Below, in pieces: positions 26,867 to 39,333 of a DNA stretch of 64,000 nucleotides; positions within the stretch are counted from its first letter, which is position 1, and each line of letters opens with the position of its first letter. Below the pieces are notes generated by a model that saw nothing but the letters and a program-made list of their open reading frames with translations, was not told the origin of the DNA and searched no databases. The DNA comes from Camelus dromedarius (lineage: Eukaryota), in contig NC_087436.1 in the NCBI RefSeq assembly GCF_036321535.1, positions 56,360,001-56,424,000 of the forward strand. The letters are read 5' to 3'. Made by a program: the position numbers and the translations under genes.

Positions 26867-29800
26867 AGAAGACAATTGACGTAACATTCCAAAAATGCTG
26901 CCCTGTCTTATAGGTTAAAAAAAATAATAATTAACAAGACAGAACAGTTGCATACCAAGATGATCAGGGGACAAACTACTTCAAAAGATTTTCAGAAAGA
27001 GATTTACCTACTGTAATGTTTTGAGGGACCAAATGATACTCTTCAGATGGGTGTGTATCCAGAAATCGAAAGCTTTGCTTCATCTGGGTCAACTGGATTT
27101 AAAAATGGCCTTCTGGACCTTAACTCACTCACCAGTTCTTACAGAATGGTTAGAAACCAATTTCATAGTATGTCTAAAATTGCTCTGACAGCATCTTTAC
27201 TGAAGGGGCTTTATTTATTGTTTTATTTTAGTGAGTACAGTGTGTATAAGGTTTACCCAAGTCTCGGTCCTTTTACCTCTGTTCTTCCACTAAGATCTCA
27301 CATTTCTTTCTTGTAAATCCCAGGGTAACTACCGTAGTTGAGAAGGGACTATTGTAGAAGTTTTCTTTTAATGGTTTAGATCTTTATAAAGATTAATTTA
27401 ACTATAAAATGATTTTTAAAGTATTAATACTTTTAAAATAAAAAGTATATCTGCTCTGTTCAATCCAGGTGATAGGAAATTTTAAAGCATTATTAAAATA
27501 ACTTTAAAGTTATTAAGTAACTCAAAAATTATTATTTAATTATTAAATAGTTTAAAATTCTGCTCTTAACAAAAACTGATTATATAACTGGATTCTTTGC
27601 TCAAGTGCATCTGCTCACAGGGATTAATAGCCCTCTATACTGATCAATTTATTTATTCCAAACAAAATGAATTGAATTATGTATTCCAATTTTTTTTCAG
27701 TATGTGAGAAACTCTAGAATTCTTAAATTTCTTTCAAATTTAAGTGTCACTCAGAATCTATTTGAAAAGGCTGCTTGTTTTAGGTCAGTTGTAAATAGGT
27801 CCTTGAGAACATTGTCTTCTAAAATATCTATTTCCCACTGAAGGGAGTTAACAAAGTTTTCAATGTTTTCTGTCACAGGGAAACTCAAAGATACACACAA
27901 CTTCTAGACTTGCTATTTACATCATGTAGATCTTAGTTAACTAAAAGAGCTGAAAGCTGCTTAGAGCTTTGCTGACAGTAGTTAATTCTGCATTTATGAA
28001 GCACACTATGCCTCAGATGGAGTTACGAGCTGAGAAGCAAGGGTGAGGACGATGCAGCCTTTGCTTTTGATGAGCTCAAAGTCCCTAAAGGCCATCGATC
28101 CTAGGAAAGACGAAGTCATTCAACTTCACGCAGTAGGGACAGAAAGCATAAGCTAACGAAGTCCTTTCTACTGATGGGAAAAAAGCAAAGAAGAATGCTG
28201 AGCCAAGTTCTATTAAACTTCTATTTAATTTTCAAAAAAAAATTTTAAATTCCTGGAGTAACAGAATCCTAAGGTTTATATACATTTTCCTTTATCTTCT
28301 TAGGTGGGTGGATTCCCAAGAGATAGAGGAAAAGAGGGTCAGACAGATAAGACTGTCACTGCTCCCTCTCTCCGGCCTTTCCTCTGAGAGTCACAGCGCT
28401 AATGATGAAGTTGCAGTGTGACAGAGGCCTTGTTACTCCCTCCTCAGGGAAGTCTAACTATCATACATATTCCCTGGAAGCCATGCCAAGTGGTTTAGCG
28501 TTTTGTTCCCTTTTCTCCTTTGAGGTCCAAGAGTTTTTGAATTTGTCTCAATTTCTATATTAAACAAGCACCTGCATATTCTCACCTCCACCACCCTGTG
28601 CAGACCCTCCCTACCTCTCACTGAGACTGCCCTGATGTCCTTCTGGCAGGACGTCCCCACTCCGCTCTAGACCAACCCATTCCATACAGCGCTGCCCAAG
28701 AAATCTGATGTCTTCCTTCCAGCTCAAGTATCTTCAGCGGTGCCTATGTGTAATTGCAAAGAGCCCTGCACCTCACTTTCTATTAAGTCCAACAACAAAT
28801 GGGCCCATTTAAGTCTCATTTATGACTGAGAGGCATGAAAGTAGAGTTATTCCTTAGAAAATACTTCATGAGTGAATTTGAAACTATGTCCTCTTCCAAC
28901 TAAATTCTAAGTTCTGAAGAAGGGCTTGCCATTCTCATAAATGAAATGGTTTTAATTCAACATCTTCTACTGGGAGAAAAAAAGGTCATAAAGCTCAGTA
29001 AAATGAACTGGATGAATGGAAGATGTACACACGAATGAGAACAAGGCGCACTGTAAACACTCTGAGACCTGGGTCAGGAGCACCTCTCTGAAAACTCACA
29101 CCACCACATTCTGCAAGAGTTTAGAAGCTTTGGGTTAATACAAACTTTGTATAAGGGCTCTGTACAGCACTGCCTGATAAACCTTACAGTTTCCACCCTG
29201 CTCAAAAGTCTTCAATGGTTCTCTATGTATGACTGTAATGAGCCCTACACTGTTTACTTTCTATTAAGCCCCTAAGCTTTCCCTTCGGCCCTCTCTCACT
29301 CTTTCAGATACAGTGGAGACTTATCTCATTCCTCCTTTAGGCAGCCTGGTGTCGTTTGCACAGTCTTTGTGCAAACATCCGATGTGATTTATTATACCTA
29401 TAAACTGTGAAAACTGCCCAGATAGACTTTTTGGTCAGAATCCAGTAAGATAAATGAGGAAATATTTTAAATTACCTTGAAAAAGAGTGAAAAAACATTT
29501 TTTTTTAGAACTGGATAGACTTGTGTGAGAGAGCAGAACTCGAGGGAGGTGGCAAGAGAGGGACATAAATGACTATCACAGATCATGTCAAGAAAAACAA
29601 GGGAGGACACATAAAGCAGGACGAGATTATACAGAGAAAAAAATAAACAGGGCTGAGATCATGCCTGCTGGGACAGGAAAATCAGACAGAACACTGGCAT
29701 GGTGAAAGTCATATAAAAAGAGTTAATTAAGAAGACTTTGCTGCATTCAAGGCATGTAGTGATAGTCTGAGGTCCCAGGAATAGAATGTGGAAATGGAGT

Positions 29801-31480
29801 AAGAAGGGTAAACAACGCAGTGTAATACCTGGAAAGGTATTCAGAAGACAGATGTTATATTGAGGGAGACAGGACACTGGCTTCACCCAGGCTTTGAATT
29901 ATGGGTATTAAAAAATGGTTCTAATACTGTACTCAGCATGATATATTTGCACTACATCCTCTAACTCGCATGCCATTAGGCAACGTAAATGGCATAAATT
30001 TTGGAAGCAGACACACTATACCTGATAGGAATCAAGGCCAAGAATGACTTTGGCCTTGGCGTTCGCTGGTAAAGTGATTGATGGTACTTATGAAGAGTTA
30101 AAAAAAAAAAAACCCTCTATACTTTGCACATGCACTGAATTATCATGTGGGATTTCAGAATCTCTTCTAAGTATGATGCGCTTTTGATTTGGGCCACTTT
30201 TTGGATTATTCTCTGCAGGCACGTGGAAGTAAGTGGTAATGAGCACGAGACCATCCTGGAGCACCCAGCTTGGCTAAGATCTGCCTGGTACAAGGCCTCA
30301 GGGCAGATAGCTTTGACCAGCCCTTATGTACGTCTCAAGCAAACACACCTTGTCTTAGAATTGTTTTACCTGTGAGTGCAAGATTTTGTGTAATATTTCT
30401 CAAAGTGTGCTTGTTCCCTTGCAAACCACTTGTTACTGGTCTGTGAGTACATTAATATAGAAATTGAAACTTGTACAGCAATAAATTTAGCTCTGTTGAA
30501 TCTAATTAATAGATAAGAGAAAAACACAGCAGACAATTTGCAATTATTTTTAAATTAACTTTTCTAGTAACTCATTTTGACTGTACTTTAGAGAGTACCG
30601 GTGCACAACTTACTGAGGGGGAAGGCTTTGACGAGAGACAGCGTGAGAAGGACTGACTCGGAGGGCTTACAGGAATGGAGGCAGAAAGGCCTGATCTGTT
30701 TTAGGTCTTAGGGCACAGGAACAAAAGTAGGTCCTGTGATTCAGACATGAATGATCTCAGCTCTCAGATTAACTGGAGTCAGCAACTCCTTAGCAAAATG
30801 GATATGCATTTTACGTAAGAGTGCATATTTCTGCTCCTTTGATTGCCAAGAGTTAGCTTCTGGTCAAAAATTCAGGACTTTGGAAACTTGGCCACAATTT
30901 TTTTTTTTCAGTCATTTGCGCATGAAAAATGAGTGACCTAGTGAAAATTACTTAACCTCTCAGGGTCTCAGATTTCTCACCTGGAAAACAGATAATGCTA
31001 TGTTCTGTATAGGAATGCTGTGATGATCAGAGCTGGGTGGAAGTAAACGTGCTAGTAGTATAAAAGCTCTGTATTGGTTTTCTGTTGACTTCTAGGCGTT
31101 AACTGAGGCACGCTGACTATCACAGTATACTCACTTTTTTTGGAGGAGCTCCATTGCTACCGATTGCTATTTTTATTTCATTTTTCTTTGCTATCAGAAG
31201 TCAAAGGCTGGAAACCACATAATTCACAAACCATTCCAATCTGGCGTCCCTATCTCCTTCCACATTAACTATTTCTAAACTGCAGTTATCAAGGTCAATA
31301 AATCTGACTGCTGTGTCTCAGTCCTTCTCCTAATAACATCTAATAAGGCTGACCTTACTTCCTCCCTCTGGAAACCTGGCTTCGATGACACCACCTTCAC
31401 TGCTTTACTGCTAATTCCCAGTCTCCTGGGGAGAACCCATTTTACTCAAACATCAAATGTCTCCAGGCTCAGTCCTACTC

Positions 31481-31850
31481 TGGTAGATTGGATTGGTCTA
31501 TTGTTGTTCTCAAGTGTTCATGCCACATCCTAAACATGGCTTCCCACTGGCTTTGGGCTTGAGGATGTCCCTAGTTTTGGTAAACAGCATGTCAGAGGAC
31601 ATGACACAAGCAGAAGCTGCAAGAGGTTGCTCCCTCAAACTCATATGAGCAGTTGCTGGTCCAAGAAGAATGAGAAACATTAGGAGCAGGTCTGAACCCA
31701 AGCAGTAGCCTAAAGCCAAGCCCACCTAGTCCAGCAGAGCCCAGCACAGCTGCAGCCCACCTGTAAACCCAGCAATGAAATAATAAACGCTTTTATTTGT
31801 AAGCCACTGTGATTTTGAGGCTGCTTATTTCATAGCAAAAACTGACTGAT
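31481..31850 (+). mobile_element. MLT1 (MaLR, MLT1H/I-like) LTR inserted in L2 sequence
   Basis: 3' end aataaacgctttta...taagccactgtgattttgaggctgcttatt...catagcaaaaactgactgat is typical of MLT1; L2-like sequence on both sides (about 31270-32350). Confidence 0.75.
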
Positions 31851-32749
31851 TTTCTACTCATGCTATGTTTATTCTTCCTAACCTCTTATCTGAGCTCCAA
31901 ACCCATTCTACTGCTTACTCTTTGAGCTCTCCATCTGGATGTGTCAGAAACCTTAAACTCAACATGTCCAGATTGAAACTTGATTATTTTTCTCTGTAGT
32001 CTTTCATCAAAAGGCTACAAGATGCACCTAAATGCACACCCACCAACTGGTGAAGTCCCTCTTGGCCCCCTCCCATATCCATTTCATCAACATAAAACTT
32101 TCCTTCAAAATACTTCTCCAGCACATCCAGCTCTCACCTGCACCAGCATCACCACAGTCCAAGATCATTTTCTCTCACATACACTGTCCTTCCTGAATCT
32201 ACTTTTCAGTTTCTATCACCTGGCTGCTTTTGTGCTTGAATTCACTTTTGTTTCCCTCTAATACATTCAGTACTCTGCAGCAGAGAACATTTTTCAAAAA
32301 GGCAAATCAAATCATGTCAATCTCCACTGCCACTCCTACTTAAGCATCCCCTTCAGACCACAGTAATATTTCCCATCTCCAGGCTCAAGTCCTCCCATGT
32401 CTCCGCCTACCCTCCAAGCTTCCCCTTCTCACCACAGAAAATGTGCACTGGGTTAACCATGCCTGAACACCTTCTCCCAAATCAACTTAGGACATGTCAA
32501 TGGCCTTTGGGAAAATAGGACAAAATATTTGAAATTGGGATAATTTTGGAAAACCTGAACATACAATTACCAGAATTATTGCTCAAAGGGAAGGGCACGC
32601 AAAGATTTATTCTTAATTACTACGGACTCAGTCAAAGTAGTAAAATACCTCCTTAAATATGCCTCCTCCTGCTAATTTTCCCTTCTTCAGAAAGCTTTGT
32701 AATTCTCCTGATACTTTTTCTGTTTATCACAAAGAGGTAGTGTTCCCCA

Positions 32750-32980
32750 GGAAATACTGTCTGAGCTCTGGAATCATTTTACCTTGGCATAAGACTCACA
32801 GATTGCAACTCTGTCCTGTCGTATAAAAGCCAAGTTACTAGACCTCTCTGGGCCCTGAATTTCTTACATTTAAGGGTAAGAAATAAGCATTCCCTACCAT
32901 GCTGAGTTGCTGTGCTTATTAAATGAGACATATTTATGAATATACCCCAATTTTCTCCTTGCAGCGCTCAGTTAATACAT
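32750..32980 (+). mobile_element. MIR SINE
   Basis: caagttactagacctctctgggccctgaatttc...gttgctgtgcttattaaatgaga. Confidence 0.6.
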
Positions 32981-33958
32981 ATTTCTTGAAATACATATTA
33001 TAGGATATACTGGTAAGCTTAAATTAGATTCTCCTTCATATGAAGCTTAAAAAAAAAAGTCTCAGAATGGAAAAAAAAATCTTCAACTCAGCTCTCAGCT
33101 TCATGCTCCTTCCTAATGGTTGCTGGGATACTCTGCCTAGACTTCAAACCTAGCAGCCCATCTAATTTGGGTATTACCCTCCTTCAGGGAGACTCTGCTT
33201 CGCTGACATTTTAACTTCTGAGATCCACACATGTCAGGGTAACCCAGCCACTCCTCCCTGGGCACACTCTGGCCTCATGAGGCTATGCCTCTTTATCCAC
33301 TGCTGTCCTCACCCTGGGGAGTAAATGCAGGGGTAGTGACCAGCAGAACGGGTGTGGCTGCATAAAGATGTACAAGGAAGAAAGAGGCAAATAGTCCAGT
33401 TTCAAACATTAGAAAGCATTTATACAAACATGATTATCTACTAAGGGTTTATTCTCTAGTACTTCGACATCTTTCTGAACATCTGGGGGACTCACATGAG
33501 CTCTATGGCCACACCACTTCCCAGAGTCGGTTTATGAATATTCCTAACAGCTTCGGTGTTCTTTCCAAAGCACTAACACCATCAGCATAATAAATGGTTA
33601 AAGCAAACAAACAACCCCCCCCCCCCCCGACACATTTGACACCACCTGCTGTTGCATTTATTTTGGCAGGAGGGGGCAAGATCTTTTGAAAAAAAAAAAA
33701 ATTGATTCTTGCTCCTTGACATGGACCCTTGGATCCGTGCTCTATATTCACGTGCACAAGTGATGTCTGGAGGAAGAAAAATCTCAGAACATCATTTCAG
33801 GGCAAAGTGTGATTCAGTCCTTCCTTTTCTACATACAGGCACAGCTCTGAGTTAATGGGGTTAGGCACAATCCCCCAACTGTGTTCTTGGAAACACCAGC
33901 CTACAATTCTATAGTCAATAAGGATGACACTCTGTTGAAACGAGATTTAAAAAATTTA

Positions 33959-34144
<186 letters not shown>

Positions 34145-34379
34145 TTAAGTCTAATTTAAGAATCTGTGGCATAGCCCATTCAGTCTTCTGTCCAAAGAAT
34201 AATATTAAACAAAACATTAGGCATTCATGATACTTAAAAGATTGAAACAGAAAACATATTCTGATGTTTTGATATGTTAAAAAATATACCTTCTACATAA
34301 TATCTCATATATTTCATAATCTTTTCAGAATAATGGTTTATATATTAAGTTATCATACACTGTATTTGATTGAGATCAA

Positions 34380-34965
34380 GGAATTCAATGAGACACTATT
34401 ATACAGATTATCTCTACTGTGTATGGTAATACTATGGGTAAATATTATCATTTCCATTTTCAGATGAGAAAATTAAGACTCAAAGTTTAAGTGCTCTGCA
34501 CACAGTTGATAAACCATGAAGCAAGCATTTAAACTCAGATTGTTTGGGCCCTAAAACTTTCTACTGGTCTCTTTACTTTAGATATATCATGTATTTTTAA
34601 AAGAAATCTTTAGAAATACTTAATCTGCAAAATTGAGTCAGAAGATGAAAACTAAGTTATCAAGATATATTTCAAAAGATACATCATCCTCATCAGTTTT
34701 TACGAGCACAAGTGACTACCTACCATGGTAGCGATGGTTCTATATCTTCAATGGAATACACGCTAGTAGACATGATGTCTAGAAACAGATTTTTCTGGGT
34801 TCAAAGCAAGGTTTACTATCTACCAGTTAGTTGACATTGAATAACTTTATAATCTCACTGTGCTTCATTTTCTTATCATTAAAATGGAGATAATTATAAG
34901 CACTTACCTCATGTCAAGGCTCAGAGTGTGCATGTTACATAAGAATACTTGATAAATGTTAGTAT
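34380..34965. mobile_element. Two MIR fragments in opposite orientation
   Basis: ccattttcagatgagaaaattaagactca (reverse, about 34455) and ctgtgcttcattttcttatcattaaaatggagataattataagcacttacctc (forward, about 34860). Confidence 0.6.
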
Positions 34966-35634
34966 TCCTGGAAAAATCCAGTTTTTTTACCTTTTCAATA
35001 GTTACGACAATGTTTCGTTAACACAGGTTGACATATCACTCAGATAATTTTCGTATTTTCTTCTCTACCACCACTTTTGGAAAGTAATGATGCTCAAGAA
35101 AGCAGCATGTGTTGACTGACACCTATTAGATTTCAGGCATCGTTGTTAAGAGCTTTCATACAGGCTGTCACTGTATAAATCTGTCACCCTGAGCAGTGTT
35201 TGATTTAAAATCTCAACACATCCAGTTTGCCTACAGTTAAACAAAATTGCAACAAAAATGTCATCTAAAAGATGTTGGGTTAAAAAGCAAATTCTTGATC
35301 AGAACTGCAATATAGACAATAGATGGGTACAGTGTATCATTTGTTACTTTTTTAACTACAAATGAGTGCCTCCAATTGTTGGTTATATCAGAGAATGAGG
35401 AGTTAAGAAAAAGATCTGTGATGAATTTTCCTGACTTTCTGTGTGCTGCCAATCAGCTGAATTCTTAGAGTAATAATTGAAGGAAAAAGCAATAAAATAT
35501 GTTAGATCGATTTATCAGAATTTTCCAGTTATTAATTCTAATGTCTCATTAGATTCTCCAAATTTATATAAGACGTGCACCTAACTTTCTCCAACAACTT
35601 CCTCCAACAGTATTTAAGTCTACAGCAGACATTC

Positions 35635-35795
35635 TGGTTGTAATGTGCATATGAAGAGCTTGTTATGTTCAGAATCCCGGGCCACCCACAGTGATTCTGA
35701 TTCCATAGGTCTCAGGTGAGCCAAGGGAAGTGCATATTCAACAAGATCGCATGTGATTCTGAGACAGATCATGTGCAGATTCCACTGAGAAACCT
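35635..35795. mobile_element. MER5-like MITE
   Basis: gagcttgtta...cagaatcccggg...gattctgattccataggtct...tgcatattcaacaag...gtgattctga. Confidence 0.6.
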
Positions 35796-36719
35796 GTTAC
35801 TATATTAAGCAAATATTATTTACTTAATCCAACCACACAATTAATCCCAACAAGAGATAATAATCTCTATAAAATAGGGTGCTGATCCTTAAGTTAAATT
35901 CCCAAAGGCCAAATCTGTTACGAGTTTGCCTGCACAAATGCCTCAGCACTGCCTGTTCTCCAGGTGCAGTGGCTGTTGGTATGACTATATATCACCCTGC
36001 CACAAGGGGCTTCCTTCTTTTAAATCTGGCTCTCAATCTTACTAACTTTTTGACCTGAGTTACCTCAGAGTAACTCAAAGTGATGAAAGTAAGATATTTA
36101 ATATGTATTACATCCTGCTTCCTTCCATACCAGGCCCCTGCTCCTTGAAGTTTTTAAAATAAAAAATGAAAATTCATTTATTACGCACATGTCTACTTAG
36201 CAAATACACATTGGGTACCTACCCTGTTCCAGGTCCAGCTGGGTAAGAAGAATGAACTAAACATACACAGAGTTTACCATCTGCTGGGAAAAGGTTAGAC
36301 TGTTCACACCAAATGGTCTACAGTAGAAAAGAAACACCCTCACACTAACGGAAATAAGATGTCATTTTGTAAGAAACATTTTAAGAGAGGATTCATTATT
36401 TTCTCACATTTTAAATTTATTTAAATAAAATACTGATATAAAATTTAGCCAGAAGGAGATTCTTTGTAATACTGCTTACAACAAACCATGTTTACAACAG
36501 TAGGGGATAAGTTAGATCTCTAAAAAAAAAGACTCCTATGTAGTTACTAAAATGTTGATATTTATTGACAGGAAAGATTGTTAAAATATAATTTTTATTG
36601 AAAAGGGTAGATTACAGAGTATTATAATTACAAAATTTCACTACAAGAACAAGAAAAGGGGCTTTAAAAAAAAGAACAATATAAAAGAAAAAGACACTAG
36701 TAATAAAAACCTACTAACC

Positions 36720-38880
36720 AGAAGCAGTAACTGATTTAATAAAGCTGAGAATGCTGATTCCTAAGCCAAAGGTAGGGAGAAGCCAAGAAGCAAAATAATC
36801 CTGCCACTTACCCCCCCAAACTGCAGTGACACCACCAGTTCCCTTTAGAAGTGGGAGTGCAGGAGTACTGAAAAGAGATGGAGGCTGAAAACCTGTTTCA
36901 GAAGTAGTTCGAGCTTCAGCCATCCTTCCCATTCCATACAGGCTGGTAGCATTTCTTCCCCACCCCTGCAGCAGACTATAAGAGTAAATCTAACATAATG
37001 TCACTGAGATGCCTTCCTTATTTTCATTGTTTACAATCAAGGTGAGGGACTGCAGGACACCAAGCAGAGAGAGGGGCAGGGGTACCACCTACTACAAACA
37101 TTCACTGAGCATTTACACTGGATATTGACTCTACCTCCTACCCTCATGGCTTCCAGAACTCAATGCAGCCTGCCTTATGCCTTCTTTACTCAGGAATTTG
37201 ACAAAGTCAAAAACAAACAAAATACCTAAAGATGGGGATATTGGAAGTTTCTCAGTGAAACAGCCCTGCAATATTATCCTACAGCAAGGCCCACTGGTGA
37301 CAAGAGGTACCCATACATACAAAGCTTCCAACCAGCTTTTAGAGAATTCCATTCTCTTATATATAAGCCACTAATTAGGGTCAATAGATACACGAAGAAA
37401 GCCTCTAACATCAAAGACTGAAAACAAAACAAATACATAGAGAAAAGCCCCTTAGAAGAAACACTACATGGAAGGAAATTTTAAAACTTAAAAAAAAAAA
37501 AACCTTATTAATCCTCTCAGCTTTATAAAAAGTGCATTACATCAATAATAAAAGAACATGTTGCTACAAAAAGGGAGTAACAATAAGGAACTCTGAAAAT
37601 ATGATTACATTAAAAATGTCAGTAGGTGAACTGAAATGAAGATTAGGAAACCTCACGTAATATCTATCAAAACATAGATATGGAAAAGTTAAGTAGTAGT
37701 TTGGTGCAGCTGTTCTGGAAAACAGTATGGGAATTCCTTAAAAGACTAAAAATAGACTTACCATATGATCCAGCAATCCCACTCCTGGGCATATATCCAG
37801 AGGGAACCTTAATTCAAAAAGATACATGCACCCCAACGTTCATGGAAGCACTGTTTACAATAGCCGAGACATGGAAACAACCTAATTGTCAACAGATGAC
37901 TGGATAAAGAAGTTGTGGTATATTTATACACTAGAATACTACTCAGCCATAAAAAAGAATAAAATAATGCCATTTGCAGCAATATGGATGGGCCTGGAGA
38001 TTGTCATTCTAAGTGAAGTAAGCCAGAAAGAGAAAGAAAAATATCATATGATATCACTTATATATGGAATCTTAAAAAAAAAAAAAAAAGACAAATGAAC
38101 TTATTTACAAAACAGAAACAGACTCACAGACATAGAAAACAAACTTATGGTTACCAGGGGGGAAGGAGGTGGGAAGGGATAAATTGGGAGTTTGAGATTT
38201 GCAGATACTAACCAATACATATAAAATAGATAAACAACAAGTTCATACTGTATAGCACAGGGAACTATATTCAATATCTTGTAGTAACTTATGATGAAAA
38301 ATAATATGAAAATGAATATGTATGTTCATGTATGACATACACCAGAAATTGACACAACATTGTAAAGTGACTATACTTCAGTAAAAATATATAATAAAAA
38401 TTATTAAAAACTAAAAAAAATTGCACACAAAAAAATAAAAGTTAAGTAAACTGGAGCATCAATCCAGGAAATTCAACATCTGAATAATATCTCCAGAAAG
38501 GAAGACCTGAGACAACAGAGGGAGGAAATTATCAAACAAACAAATAAATAAATAAATAGTGCAAGATTCCCATAACCCAAAATCATGATTTTCTAATATG
38601 AAAGGATCCAGAGTATATGAATAGATCCAGACTAAAGTATGTTATTATAAAATTTTAAAACCTTCAAGACAAAGGGAGACCCTAAATTTATTTATATATA
38701 TATATAGATTAAAAATAAGTTATGGCATTTAATCTTCTACTGCAGAACCATAAACTAGAATAAAATAGAGTGGTGTCTTCAAAATTCTGAGGGAAAAGTA
38801 TTTCAAATCCAGAAAAGAATACCTGGAGAAATTATAAGCAAAATGAGGATAGAAAAGAAGCATTTTGAGATTTTCATTGT
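36720..38880 (+). mobile_element. Old HAL1/L1M 5'-ORF1 remnant hosting the younger L1
   Basis: ORF1-like motifs after the insertion (atcaatccaggaaattcaacatctgaataat...ggaggaaattatcaaa; gtcttcaaaattctgagggaaaa). Left boundary uncertain. Confidence 0.5.
37696..38436 (+). mobile_element. Relatively young 5'-truncated L1 (ORF2 C-terminus, 3'UTR, A-rich tail)
   Basis: ORFs 37680..37907 and 37886..38098 encode [28 protein letters not shown]...WIKKLWYIYTLEYYSAIKKN; perfect TSD AAAAGTTAAGTA at 37684-37695 and 38437-38448. Confidence 0.92.
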
Positions 38881-39333
38881 CTATATATAAACTGAGTTAA
38901 GAGACAACATACTGAATGAGCATATAAGATTTCCTTCATACAATGTGACCTGAATAAGTAAAAGTAGTGAGATGATAAATGATTGCTTGTAATTAGCATT
39001 AAATAAATGGATGATTAAATGCAAATCTGAGACAAGTGGAGAGTTCTTCACTTGCTTTTGCCAAAATAGTCAAGGGAGTAATTTATATAGAAGTGTGCAA
39101 CTGCTACTTAGGAGTCAATTAATCTATATGTGTTTCATTCCTTATGAAATGAAGATTGTTACCACACAGTTCACAATATTTCCAATCACAAGATAAAATT
39201 AAAATAATTGAGTAATAATTTGGAGGCTAACAATAAGAAGATAAGGGGGAAGAGAAGCAGTAACTGCAGAATGAATACATCTGATTAAATTCACCTTAAC
39301 AGCTAAGAACACTGTTAAAGATGGTAAGATCTT

